The notes below the pieces were generated by a model, which saw nothing but the letters and a program-made list of their open reading frames with translations, did not search any database and was not told the DNA's origin. Positions 17,227-25,398 of a stretch of DNA of 29,874 nt are shown one piece after another. The position numbers and the translations under genes were made by a program. Origin of the DNA: a virus; UHGV virus genome UHGV-0109415. One strand, written 5' to 3'. Numbering within the stretch: the first letter of the stretch is position 1; every line of letters begins with the position of its first letter.

Positions 17227-17862
17227 ATGAACACTCTCGCAAATATTCAGGAACTCGCGCGCGCACTGCGCAACATGATCCGCACCGGCATTATCGTCGA
17301 AACCGACCTTAACGCTGGTCGCTGCCGTGTGCAGACCGGCGGCATGTGCACTGACTGGCTTCAGTGGCTGACCCATCGCGCAGGACGTTCGCGCACATGG
17401 TGGGCACCTTCCGTGGGGGAACAGGTGCTGATTCTGGCCGTGGGTGGTGAACTCGACACGGCGTTCGTTCTGCCGGGGATTTATTCCGGCGATAACCCTG
17501 CGCCGTCTGCGTCGGCGGATGCCGTGCATATCCGTTTCCCTGACGGGGCGGTGATTGAGTATGAACCCGAAACCAGTGCACTCACGGTAAGCGGAATTAA
17601 AACGGCCAGCGTGACGGCTTCTGATTCTGTTACTGCCACGGTGCCGGTGGTCACGGTGAAAGCATCAACCCGCGTCACCCTGGACACACCAGAGGTGGTC
17701 TGCACCAACAGGCTGATTACCGGCACGCTGGAAGTGCAGAAGGGCGGGACGATGCGCGGCAACATTGAACACACCGGCGGTGAACTCTCATCAAACGGTA
17801 AGGTACTGCATACCCATAAACACCCCGGCGACAGCGGCGGCACAACCGGGAGTCCTCTATGA
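17227..17862 (+). CDS. V: Baseplate spike protein
   Basis: 211-aa ORF, P2 gpV length; first gene of the baseplate block. Confidence 0.8.
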   Translation: MNTLANIQELARALRNMIRTGIIVETDLNAGRCRVQTGGMCTDWLQWLTHRAGRSRTWWAPSVGEQVLILAVGGELDTAFVLPGIYSGDNPAPSASADAVHIRFPDGAVIEYEPETSALTVSGIKTASVTASDSVTATVPVVTVKASTRVTLDTPEVVCTNRLITGTLEVQKGGTMRGNIEHTGGELSSNGKVLHTHKHPGDSGGTTGSPL

Positions 17863-18206
17863 CAGCGCGTTATCTCGGAATGAATCGCAGTGATGGCCTG
17901 ACTGTCACTGACCTTGAGCATATCAGCCAGAGTATCGGCGATATCCTGCGTACACCGGTCGGCTCACGGGTGATGCGTCGTGATTACGGCTCGTTGCTGG
18001 CATCAATGATTGACCAGCCGCAGACCCCGGCGCTTGAGTTGCAGATTAAGGTCGCCTGTTACATGGCGGTGCTGAAATGGGAACCCCGCGTCACCCTGTC
18101 ATCCGTCACCACTGAGCGCAGCTTTGACGGGCGAATGACGGCCACGTTAACCGGCCAGCACAACGACACCGGCCAGCCACTTTCGTTAACCATCCCTGTG
18201 AGTTGA
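17859..18206 (+). CDS. W: Baseplate wedge protein (gp25-like)
   Basis: 115-aa ORF, P2 gpW length, coupled to V. Confidence 0.8.
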   Translation: MTARYLGMNRSDGLTVTDLEHISQSIGDILRTPVGSRVMRRDYGSLLASMIDQPQTPALELQIKVACYMAVLKWEPRVTLSSVTTERSFDGRMTATLTGQHNDTGQPLSLTIPVS

Positions 18207-18210
18207 AACC

Positions 18211-19119
18211 ATGCCGATTATCGACCTGAACCAGCTACCCGCACCGGATGTGGTCGAGGAGCTGGACTTTGAAACCATTCTTGCCGAACGCAAGGCGACA
18301 CTGATTTCCCTTTACCCGGAAGACCAGCAGGAGGCGGTCGCCCGTACCCTGACGCTGGAATCCGAGCCTCTCGTCAAACTGCTGGAGGAAAACGCTTATC
18401 GTGAGCTTATCTGGCGTCAGCGTGTGAATGAGGCCGCACGGGCGGTGATGCTGGCCTGTGCCGCCGGTAATGACCTTGATGTGATTGGTGCCAATTACAA
18501 CACCACGCGCCTGATTATCACCCCGGCAGATGATTCGACCCTCCCGCCGACACCGGCAGTGATGGAATCTGACACCGATTATCGTCTGCGTATTCAGCAG
18601 GCGTTTGAAGGTTTAAGCGTTGCCGGGTCGGTGGGTGCTTATCAGTATCATGGTCGCAGTGCCGACGGGCGTATCGCGGATATCTCTGTCACCAGTCCGT
18701 CTCCGGCCTGTGTCACTATCTCTGTGCTGTCTCGCGAAAATAACGGTGTCGCATCCGAAGACCTGCTGGCGGTAGTGCGCAACGCCCTTAATGGCGAGGA
18801 CGTCAGGCCGGTGGCCGACCGCGTGACCGTGCAGTCTGCCGCCATCGTTGAATACCAGATAAACGCCACGCTTTACCTTTACCCTGGTCCTGAAAGCGAA
18901 CCCATCCGCGCTGCTGCCGTGAAAAAACTGGAAGCGTACATCACGGCACAGCACCGGCTGGGGCGCGACATCCGTCTGTCTGCCATTTATGCCGCTTTGC
19001 ATGTGGAAGGCGTGCAGCGTGTCGAACTGGCTGCACCGCTGGCCGATATCGTGCTTAACAGCACGCAGGCGTCTTTCTGCACCGAATACCGCGTCGTGAC
19101 CGGAGGCTCGGATGAGTGA
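18211..19119 (+). CDS. J: Baseplate wedge protein J
   Basis: 302-aa ORF, P2 gpJ length. Confidence 0.8.
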   Translation: MPIIDLNQLPAPDVVEELDFETILAERKATLISLYPEDQQEAVARTLTLESEPLVKLLEENAYRELIWRQRVNEAARAVMLACAAGNDLDVIGANYNTTRLIITPADDSTLPPTPAVMESDTDYRLRIQQAFEGLSVAGSVGAYQYHGRSADGRIADISVTSPSPACVTISVLSRENNGVASEDLLAVVRNALNGEDVRPVADRVTVQSAAIVEYQINATLYLYPGPESEPIRAAAVKKLEAYITAQHRLGRDIRLSAIYAALHVEGVQRVELAAPLADIVLNSTQASFCTEYRVVTGGSDE

Positions 19120-19723
19120 TTCGCGCCTGCTGCCGACCGGCTCATCACCGCTTGAAGTCGCCGCCGCAAAAGCCTGTGCGGAAATTGAAAAAACGCCGGT
19201 CAGTATTCGTGAGCTGTGGAACCCGGATACCTGTCCGGCAAATCTGCTGCCGTGGCTGGCGTGGTCATTTTCGGTCGACAGGTGGGATGATAAATGGCCG
19301 GAAGCGACCAAACGCGCTGTTATCCGCGATGCGTATTTCATTCACTGCCATAAGGGCACTATTGGTGCGATTCGCCGTGTGGTGGAGCCGCTCGGCTATC
19401 TGATTGAGGTGAGGGAGTGGTGGCAACTCAACGAGGAGCCGGGGACGTTCCGTATCGTTGTTGGCGTGCTTGAGCAGGGTATTACCGAGGAAATGTATCA
19501 GGAGCTGGAGCGCCTCGTTGCTGATGCAAAACCGGCAAGCCGCCATCTGACGGGACTGGCTATCAGTTTAAGTACAACCGGCAACATTTTTGCCGGTGCG
19601 GGATGCTATCACGGCGACGCCCTGACGGTTTATCCCTACACCCCGGAGGCCATTATTGTCGGAGGGGATTATTTCCCGGCCTCGGCCATTCATTTAATTG
19701 ATAACCTGAGAGTAAACGCATGA
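19112..19723 (+). CDS. I: Baseplate protein I
   Basis: 203-aa ORF overlapping the J stop and H start; position of P2 gpI. Confidence 0.75.
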   Translation: MSDSRLLPTGSSPLEVAAAKACAEIEKTPVSIRELWNPDTCPANLLPWLAWSFSVDRWDDKWPEATKRAVIRDAYFIHCHKGTIGAIRRVVEPLGYLIEVREWWQLNEEPGTFRIVVGVLEQGITEEMYQELERLVADAKPASRHLTGLAISLSTTGNIFAGAGCYHGDALTVYPYTPEAIIVGGDYFPASAIHLIDNLRVNA

Positions 19724-21084
19724 CAGTGAAATACTACGCCATTCTGACTAATCAGGGCGCTGCACGGCTGGCTAACGCGACGATGCTCGGCAGTAAGCTG
19801 AATCTGACGCAAATGGCCGTTGGTGATGCGAATGGTGTCTTGCCGACACCAGACCCGGCACAGACAAAACTGATTAACCAGAAACGCATCGCGCCGCTGA
19901 ATCTTCTGAGTGTTGACCCGAACAACCAGAGCCAGATTATTGCGGAGCAAATCATCCCTGAGAACGAGGGCGGATTCTGGATCCGTGAGATTGGGCTTTA
20001 TGATGATGAAGGCGTACTCATTGCGGTGGCGAACTGCCCGGAAACGTACAAACCGCAGTTGCAGGAAGGCAGTGGTCGTACCCAGACTATCCGCATGATT
20101 CTGGTTGTCACGAATACCGAAGCCATCACGCTGAAAATCGACCCGTCGGTGGTACTGGCGACCCGTAAATACGTGGATGATGAAGTCCTGGAATTAAGGC
20201 TGTATGTGGATGAACAGATGAGAAACCACATTGCCGCACAGGATCCTCATACCCAGTATGCACAGAAACATAATCCGACATTTACCGGAGAACCAAAAGC
20301 GCCGACGCCTGCCGCAGGAAATAACACCACGCGGATTGCGACCACTGCGTTTGTTCAGGCTGCTATTACCGCTCTGATTAATGGTGCGCCTGCCACGCTG
20401 GACACACTGAAAGAAATTGCCGCGGCCATTAACAATGACCCGAAATTCAGCACCACCATTAACAATGCGCTGTCAGGTAAGCAGCCACTGGATGAGACGC
20501 TGACTCATTTGAGTGGAAAGGATGTAGCTGGTCTTCTCGCATACCTTGGTTTGGGAGAAGGTTCGGCATTACCCGTTGGCGTGCCTGTTCCGTGGCCTTC
20601 CGCCACTCCGCCAACAGGCTGGCTGAAATGCAACGGTGCCGCTTTTTCTGCTGAAGAATACCCGGAACTGGCAAAGGCTTACCCGACCAATAAATTGCCT
20701 GATTTACGCGGTGAATTTATTCGTGGCTGGGATGATGGACGTGGAGTGGATGCGGGGCGAGCCTTGCTAAGTCTTCAGGATGACTCTTTTGAAGCTCACA
20801 GGCATGAGTCCTTTTTTTACGCGGGTATTTCACGCAATGAAACACCATTAAAAAATCTTCCAAGTTCAGACGAGATGCTGACTTTAAGTTCCACAACTAA
20901 TGCCTTGTCCCCGGACAGTATTGATGCCACCAATTCGTTAATTGGTAATGATGATTACAACTGTTTGATTGAAGGAAAGAAAAATAACAAACGAACGGCA
21001 ACGGGGTTGAGTACCAGTATTGTCGGTGCAGCAGAGACACGCCCACGTAATATTTCATTTAATTACATTGTGAGGGCTGCATGA
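19720..21084 (+). CDS. H: Tail fibre protein: constant N-terminal part (to about aa 276) joined to the variable C-terminal part currently in the expressed orientation
   Basis: 454-aa ORF; the 26-bp crossover site lies at codons ~272-280 (LAYLGLGEG); downstream part has lower GC. Confidence 0.85.
   Translation: MTVKYYAILTNQGAARLANATMLGSKLNLTQMAVGDANGVLPTPDPAQTKLINQKRIAPLNLLSVDPNNQSQIIAEQIIPENEGGFWIREIGLYDDEGVLIAVANCPETYKPQLQEGSGRTQTIRMILVVTNTEAITLKIDPSVVLATRKYVDDEVLELRLYVDEQMRNHIAAQDPHTQYAQKHNPTFTGEPKAPTPAAGNNTTRIATTAFVQAAITALINGAPATLDTLKEIAAAINNDPKFSTTINNALSGKQPLDETLTHLSGKDVAGLLAYLGLGEGSALPVGVPVPWPSATPPTGWLKCNGAAFSAEEYPELAKAYPTNKLPDLRGEFIRGWDDGRGVDAGRALLSLQDDSFEAHRHESFFYAGISRNETPLKNLPSSDEMLTLSSTTNALSPDSIDATNSLIGNDDYNCLIEGKKNNKRTATGLSTSIVGAAETRPRNISFNYIVRAA
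20534..20559. repeat. Left 26-bp crossover site of the invertible tail-fibre segment (hix/gix-like)
   Basis: TTCTCGCATACC-TT-GGTTTGGGAGAA; shares a 15-bp core (TTGGTTTGGGAGAAG) in inverted orientation with the site at 22459-22484; resembles the Hin/Gin site half-site TTCTnnnAAACC. Confidence 0.75.
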
Positions 21085-21686
21085 TGTATAACGCCATCTT
21101 AAATAATAAATTTATTGCCACAAAGGCAGGAGAGATTACCGTTTATAACTATGACAGTGAGACACGGGAGTATATTTCTGCATCAATTGAATATCTTGCT
21201 GTGGGTGTCGGTATCCCTGCATATTCCTGTTTAGATGCTCCTGGCACACATAAGGCTGGTTATGCAATCTGCCGTTCGGCAGATTTAAACTCATGGGAAT
21301 ATGTGCCAGACCATCGCGGTGAAATCATCTATAGCACCGAAACAGGAGAATCGAAAGAAATCACAGGTCCGGGTGATTATCCTGAAAATACAACCACTAT
21401 CGCCCCGTTAACGCCATACGATGAATGGGATGGTGAGAAATGGGTAACAGATACTGTGGCACAGCATAGCGCCGCAGTAGGCGCGGCAGAAGCACAGCGT
21501 CAGTCACTGATTGATACTGCAATGGCTTCCATTAGTCTGATTCAGCTGAAATTGCAGGCCAGACGGAATCTGACGCAGGCAGAAACCGCCCGACTTAACG
21601 CTGCGCTGGATTACATTGACGCGGTGACGGCAACAGATACCAGCACCGCGCCGGATGTCATCTGGCCTGAACTGCCGGAGGCGTAG
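21081..21686 (+). CDS. G: Tail fibre assembly chaperone (expressed orientation)
   Basis: 201-aa ORF overlapping the H stop; C-terminus ...DVIWPELPEA typical of tail-fibre assembly proteins. Confidence 0.8.
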   Translation: MMYNAILNNKFIATKAGEITVYNYDSETREYISASIEYLAVGVGIPAYSCLDAPGTHKAGYAICRSADLNSWEYVPDHRGEIIYSTETGESKEITGPGDYPENTTTIAPLTPYDEWDGEKWVTDTVAQHSAAVGAAEAQRQSLIDTAMASISLIQLKLQARRNLTQAETARLNAALDYIDAVTATDTSTAPDVIWPELPEA

Positions 21687-22098
21687 GCCATTCAATATCT
21701 GGCGCACCGGAAGTATCGACCAGTTCCAGTGCGTCCAGATAATCCAGCCACAAATTATATTGCGCCAGTTCCTCACCTTTCAGACGACCAATAGCCGCTT
21801 TACCAGGCCATTGTTTACTGTTCATATAATCGTTGGCCTGATTAATCAGTTGCTGCTTTTCCTGTTCGGCTGCAGCAATCTGTTCCTCATGTGTTGGTGG
21901 TGGAATTTCAGACCATGCAGGAAAACCATTTTCTCCAGCGATACGGATTTTTCCTTTCGGCGGTAATCCGGAAAACTCAATATACACTTGCTCATCAACT
22001 TCAACAGCATCATCTGGCCATGAGTCAGCTTGAGTGTAATCCTCTTTCATTTCCAGTGGATAGAAAGAGTTTGTAGTCGCGGAATATATGTAATTCAT
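21658..22098 (-). CDS. Alternative tail fibre assembly chaperone (silent orientation)
   Basis: 146-aa ORF convergent with G; C-terminus ...DIEWPTPPAVQAR parallels G; inside the invertible segment. Confidence 0.7.
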   Translation of the reverse strand: MNYIYSATTNSFYPLEMKEDYTQADSWPDDAVEVDEQVYIEFSGLPPKGKIRIAGENGFPAWSEIPPPTHEEQIAAAEQEKQQLINQANDYMNSKQWPGKAAIGRLKGEELAQYNLWLDYLDALELVDTSGAPDIEWPTPPAVQAR

Positions 22099-22119
22099 TT
22101 TTCACTCCATATAGCTAAA

Positions 22120-22512
22120 TTAACAGCCTAACGCTAAAAATGAAGCGCCGAGGCCAGGAGTACTGGCTCTGGATATAAATTTAACCGGGTCGGGACTAAA
22201 ACCTGCACAGGCAATATAACCAACATCCCCGCTACCTGGTGTATAGTCTTGTGAGACCAAAACACGCAGACATCTGTTTGGAAATGCAATCGGAAAATGG
22301 GTTACTACATCCTGTGCAATGCCTGGTGCGCCGATTGAGCCCCACTGAAGAATAAAACCTGATGGTAATTTTTGATATCCAGTACCTGAAACAGAAAGCG
22401 TGAAGCTACCCATATCAGGTATCTGATTCGCCCCTGTCCCTACATTCCTTTTAGCCGCTTCTCCCAAACCAACGTTTATGAAAATGCAGAGATAACGGGC
22501 AACTGGCATCAT
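22120..22512 (-). CDS. Alternative tail-fibre C-terminal variable segment (promoterless in this orientation; would fuse in frame to H codon ~276 after inversion)
   Basis: Minus-strand ORF whose codons NVGLGE span the right crossover site in the same frame as LGLGE in H. Confidence 0.7.
   Translation of the reverse strand: MMPVARYLCIFINVGLGEAAKRNVGTGANQIPDMGSFTLSVSGTGYQKLPSGFILQWGSIGAPGIAQDVVTHFPIAFPNRCLRVLVSQDYTPGSGDVGYIACAGFSPDPVKFISRASTPGLGASFLALGC
22459..22484. repeat. Right 26-bp crossover site of the invertible tail-fibre segment
   Basis: TTCTCCCAAACC-AA-CGTTTATGAAAA; inverted copy of the site within H. Confidence 0.75.
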
Positions 22513-22539
22513 CTCCGGTTTTTATTCAGGGGGATGCTC

Positions 22540-23133
22540 ATGCTTATTGGCTATGTACGCGTGTCAACAAATGACCAGAACACGGAATTGCAGCGTAACG
22601 CGCTGGAGTGTGCAGGATGTGAGCTGATTTTTGAGGATAAAATCAGCGGCACGAAGTCCGACCGACCGGGACTGAAAAAACTGCTCAGAACATTATCAGC
22701 AGGTGACACTCTGGTGGTCTGGAAGCTGGACAGGCTGGGGCGTAGTATGCGGCATCTGGTCATTCTGGTTGAGGAACTGCGCGAACGCGGTGTTAATTTT
22801 CGCAGCCTGACAGATGCTATTGATACCAGCACGCCGATGGGGCGTTTTTTCTTTCATGTGATGGGGGCCCTGGCTGAAATGGAACGAGAACTCATTGTCG
22901 AGCGGACTCGGGCCGGGCTGGAAGCGGCCAGAGCCAAAGGTCGTATTGGTGGCAGACGACCGAAACTCACTGCGGGTGAGTGGGAGCAGGTCGGACGGTT
23001 GCTGGCTGCGGGGGAATCTCGTCAACGTGTGGCGCTGATTTTTGATATTGGCCTGTCCACGCTCTATAAAAAATTCCCCGCCTCAGTGACAAAAAATAAA
23101 TTGTGTCATCCCTTAGCCAACCGGGACAAATAG
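22540..23133 (+). CDS. Serine DNA invertase (Hin/Gin/Cin/Pin family)
   Basis: 197 aa from MLIGYVRVSTNDQ... (catalytic Ser in YVRVST), resolvase-type catalytic domain plus C-terminal HTH; directly beside the invertible segment. Confidence 0.9.
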   Translation: MLIGYVRVSTNDQNTELQRNALECAGCELIFEDKISGTKSDRPGLKKLLRTLSAGDTLVVWKLDRLGRSMRHLVILVEELRERGVNFRSLTDAIDTSTPMGRFFFHVMGALAEMERELIVERTRAGLEAARAKGRIGGRRPKLTAGEWEQVGRLLAAGESRQRVALIFDIGLSTLYKKFPASVTKNKLCHPLANRDK

Positions 23134-23192
23134 CCTGACATCTCCGGCACAACTGAAAATATCACTCACCCATTAACCACGGAGTTAAACGG

Positions 23193-24383
23193 ATGAGTGA
23201 CTATCATCACGGCGTGCAGGTGCTGGAGATTAACGACGGCACCCGCGTCATTTCCACCGTATCCACGGCCATTGTTGGCATGGTCTGCACGGCCAGCGAT
23301 GCGGATGCGGAAACCTTCCCCCTCAATAAACCGGTGCTGATTACCAATGTGCAGAGCGCAATTGCAAAGGCCGGTAAAAAAGGCACGCTGGCAGCATCGT
23401 TGCAGGCCATCGCCGACCAGTCAAAACCGGTCACCGTTGTTGTGCGCGTGGAGGACGGCACCGGCGACGACGAAGAAACGAAACTCGCGCAGACCGTTTC
23501 CAATATCATCGGCACCACTGACGAAAACGGTCAGTACACCGGACTGAAAGCCCTGCTGGCGGCAGAGTCGGTAACCGGTGTTAAACCGCGTATTCTCGGT
23601 GTGCCGGGACTGGACACCAAAGAGGTGGCTGTTGCACTGGCATCCGTCTGTCAGAAGCTGCGCGCTTTCGGATATATCAGCGCATGGGGCTGTAAGACCA
23701 TTTCCGAGGTGAAAGCCTACCGCCAGAATTTCAGCCAGCGTGAGCTGATGGTCATCTGGCCGGATTTCCTCGCATGGGATACGGTCACCAGTACCACCGC
23801 CACCGCGTATGCCACCGCCCGTGCGCTGGGTCTGCGCGCTAAAATCGACCAGGAGCAGGGCTGGCATAAAACGCTGTCCAACGTCGGGGTAAACGGTGTT
23901 ACCGGCATCAGCGCATCTGTATTCTGGGATTTGCAGGAGTCCGGCACCGATGCTGACCTGCTTAACGAGTCAGGCGTCACAACACTGATTCGCCGTGACG
24001 GTTTCCGATTCTGGGGTAACCGTACCTGCTCTGATGACCCGCTGTTCCTCTTTGAAAACTACACCCGCACCGCACAGGTACTGGCCGACACGATGGCTGA
24101 GGCGCACATGTGGGCGGTGGACAAGCCCATCACCGCAACGCTGATTCGTGACATCGTTGACGGCATCAATGCCAAATTCCGTGAGCTGAAAACAAACGGC
24201 TATATCGTGGATGCGACCTGCTGGTTCAGCGAAGAATCCAACGATGCGGAAACCCTCAAGGCCGGAAAACTGTATATCGACTACGACTATACCCCGGTGC
24301 CTCCTCTTGAAAACCTGACCCTGCGCCAGCGTATTACCGATAAATACCTGGCAAATCTGGTCACCTCGGTTAACAGCAATTAA
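23193..24383 (+). CDS. FI: Contractile tail sheath protein
   Basis: 396-aa ORF, P2 gpFI length, followed by the tube gene. Confidence 0.85.
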   Translation: MSDYHHGVQVLEINDGTRVISTVSTAIVGMVCTASDADAETFPLNKPVLITNVQSAIAKAGKKGTLAASLQAIADQSKPVTVVVRVEDGTGDDEETKLAQTVSNIIGTTDENGQYTGLKALLAAESVTGVKPRILGVPGLDTKEVAVALASVCQKLRAFGYISAWGCKTISEVKAYRQNFSQRELMVIWPDFLAWDTVTSTTATAYATARALGLRAKIDQEQGWHKTLSNVGVNGVTGISASVFWDLQESGTDADLLNESGVTTLIRRDGFRFWGNRTCSDDPLFLFENYTRTAQVLADTMAEAHMWAVDKPITATLIRDIVDGINAKFRELKTNGYIVDATCWFSEESNDAETLKAGKLYIDYDYTPVPPLENLTLRQRITDKYLANLVTSVNSN

Positions 24384-24395
24384 GGAGCCTGACCG

Positions 24396-24914
24396 ATGGC
24401 AATGCCGCGCAAACTCAAGTTAATGAACGTCTTTCTGAACGGCTACAGCTATCAGGGCGTCGCGAAGTCCGTCACGCTACCAAAACTGACCCGTAAGCTC
24501 GAAAACTATCGCGGTGCGGGAATGAACGGCAGCGCACCGGTAGACCTCGGCCTTGATGACGATGCGCTGTCAATGGAGTGGTCGCTCGGTGGCTTCCCGG
24601 ATTCGGTTATCTGGGAGCTTTACGCCGCAACCGGTGTGGATGCCGTGCCGATTCGTTTTGCAGGCTCTTACCAGCGCGACGATACCGGCGAAACGGTGGC
24701 CGTCGAAGTGGTCATGCGTGGCCGTCAGAAAGAAATCGACACCGGTGAGGGTAAACAGGGAGAAGACACCGAGTCGAAAATCTCCGTGGTCTGCACCTAT
24801 TTCCGGCTGACGATGGACGGTAAGGAGCTGGTCGAAATCGACACCATCAACATGATTGAGAAGGTGAACGGCGTCGACCGGCTGGAGCAACACCGCCGCA
24901 ATATCGGCCTGTGA
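24396..24914 (+). CDS. FII: Tail tube protein
   Basis: 172-aa ORF, P2 gpFII length. Confidence 0.85.
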   Translation: MAMPRKLKLMNVFLNGYSYQGVAKSVTLPKLTRKLENYRGAGMNGSAPVDLGLDDDALSMEWSLGGFPDSVIWELYAATGVDAVPIRFAGSYQRDDTGETVAVEVVMRGRQKEIDTGEGKQGEDTESKISVVCTYFRLTMDGKELVEIDTINMIEKVNGVDRLEQHRRNIGL

Positions 24915-24970
24915 TTTTCATCCGGTCAGCCTGGCTGACCGGTTAACCCTGATTAAGAAGTGAGAAAACC

Positions 24971-25246
24971 ATGAACAAAGAAAATGTGATTACCCTGGAC
25001 AATCCGGTCAAACGTGGTGAGCAGGTTATCGAACAGGTCACGCTGATGAAACCCAATGCCGGGACGCTGCGCGGTGTCAGTCTGGCTGCGGTCGCAAACT
25101 CCGAAGTCGATGCACTGATTAAGGTGCTGCCGCGCATGACGGCACCGATGCTGACCGAGCAGGAGGTCGCCGCACTGGAACTGCCTGACCTTGTGGCGCT
25201 GGCCGGTAAGGTGGTCGGTTTTTTGTCGCCGAACTCGGTGCAGTGA
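24971..25246 (+). CDS. E: Tail assembly chaperone E
   Basis: 91-aa ORF directly upstream of the tape-measure gene, P2 gpE length. Confidence 0.8.
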   Translation: MNKENVITLDNPVKRGEQVIEQVTLMKPNAGTLRGVSLAAVANSEVDALIKVLPRMTAPMLTEQEVAALELPDLVALAGKVVGFLSPNSVQ

Positions 25247-25398
25247 CGTTTCCGAAAAATCTGTCGGTCGATGACCTGATGGCAGATGTGGCAGTGATAT
25301 TTCACTGGCCGCCATCAGAACTGTATCCCATGAGCCTGACCGAACTCATCACATGGCGCGAAAAGGCGCTCCGGCGAAGCGGAAACACGAATGAGTAA
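24971..25398 (+). CDS. E: E+E' tail assembly chaperone made by -1 programmed frameshift at GGTTTTTTG (25217-25225)
   Basis: The T6G slippery run sits 7 codons before the E stop; the -1 frame stays open to TAA at 25396-25398, overlapping the T start, as in P2 E/E' and lambda G/GT. Confidence 0.65.
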
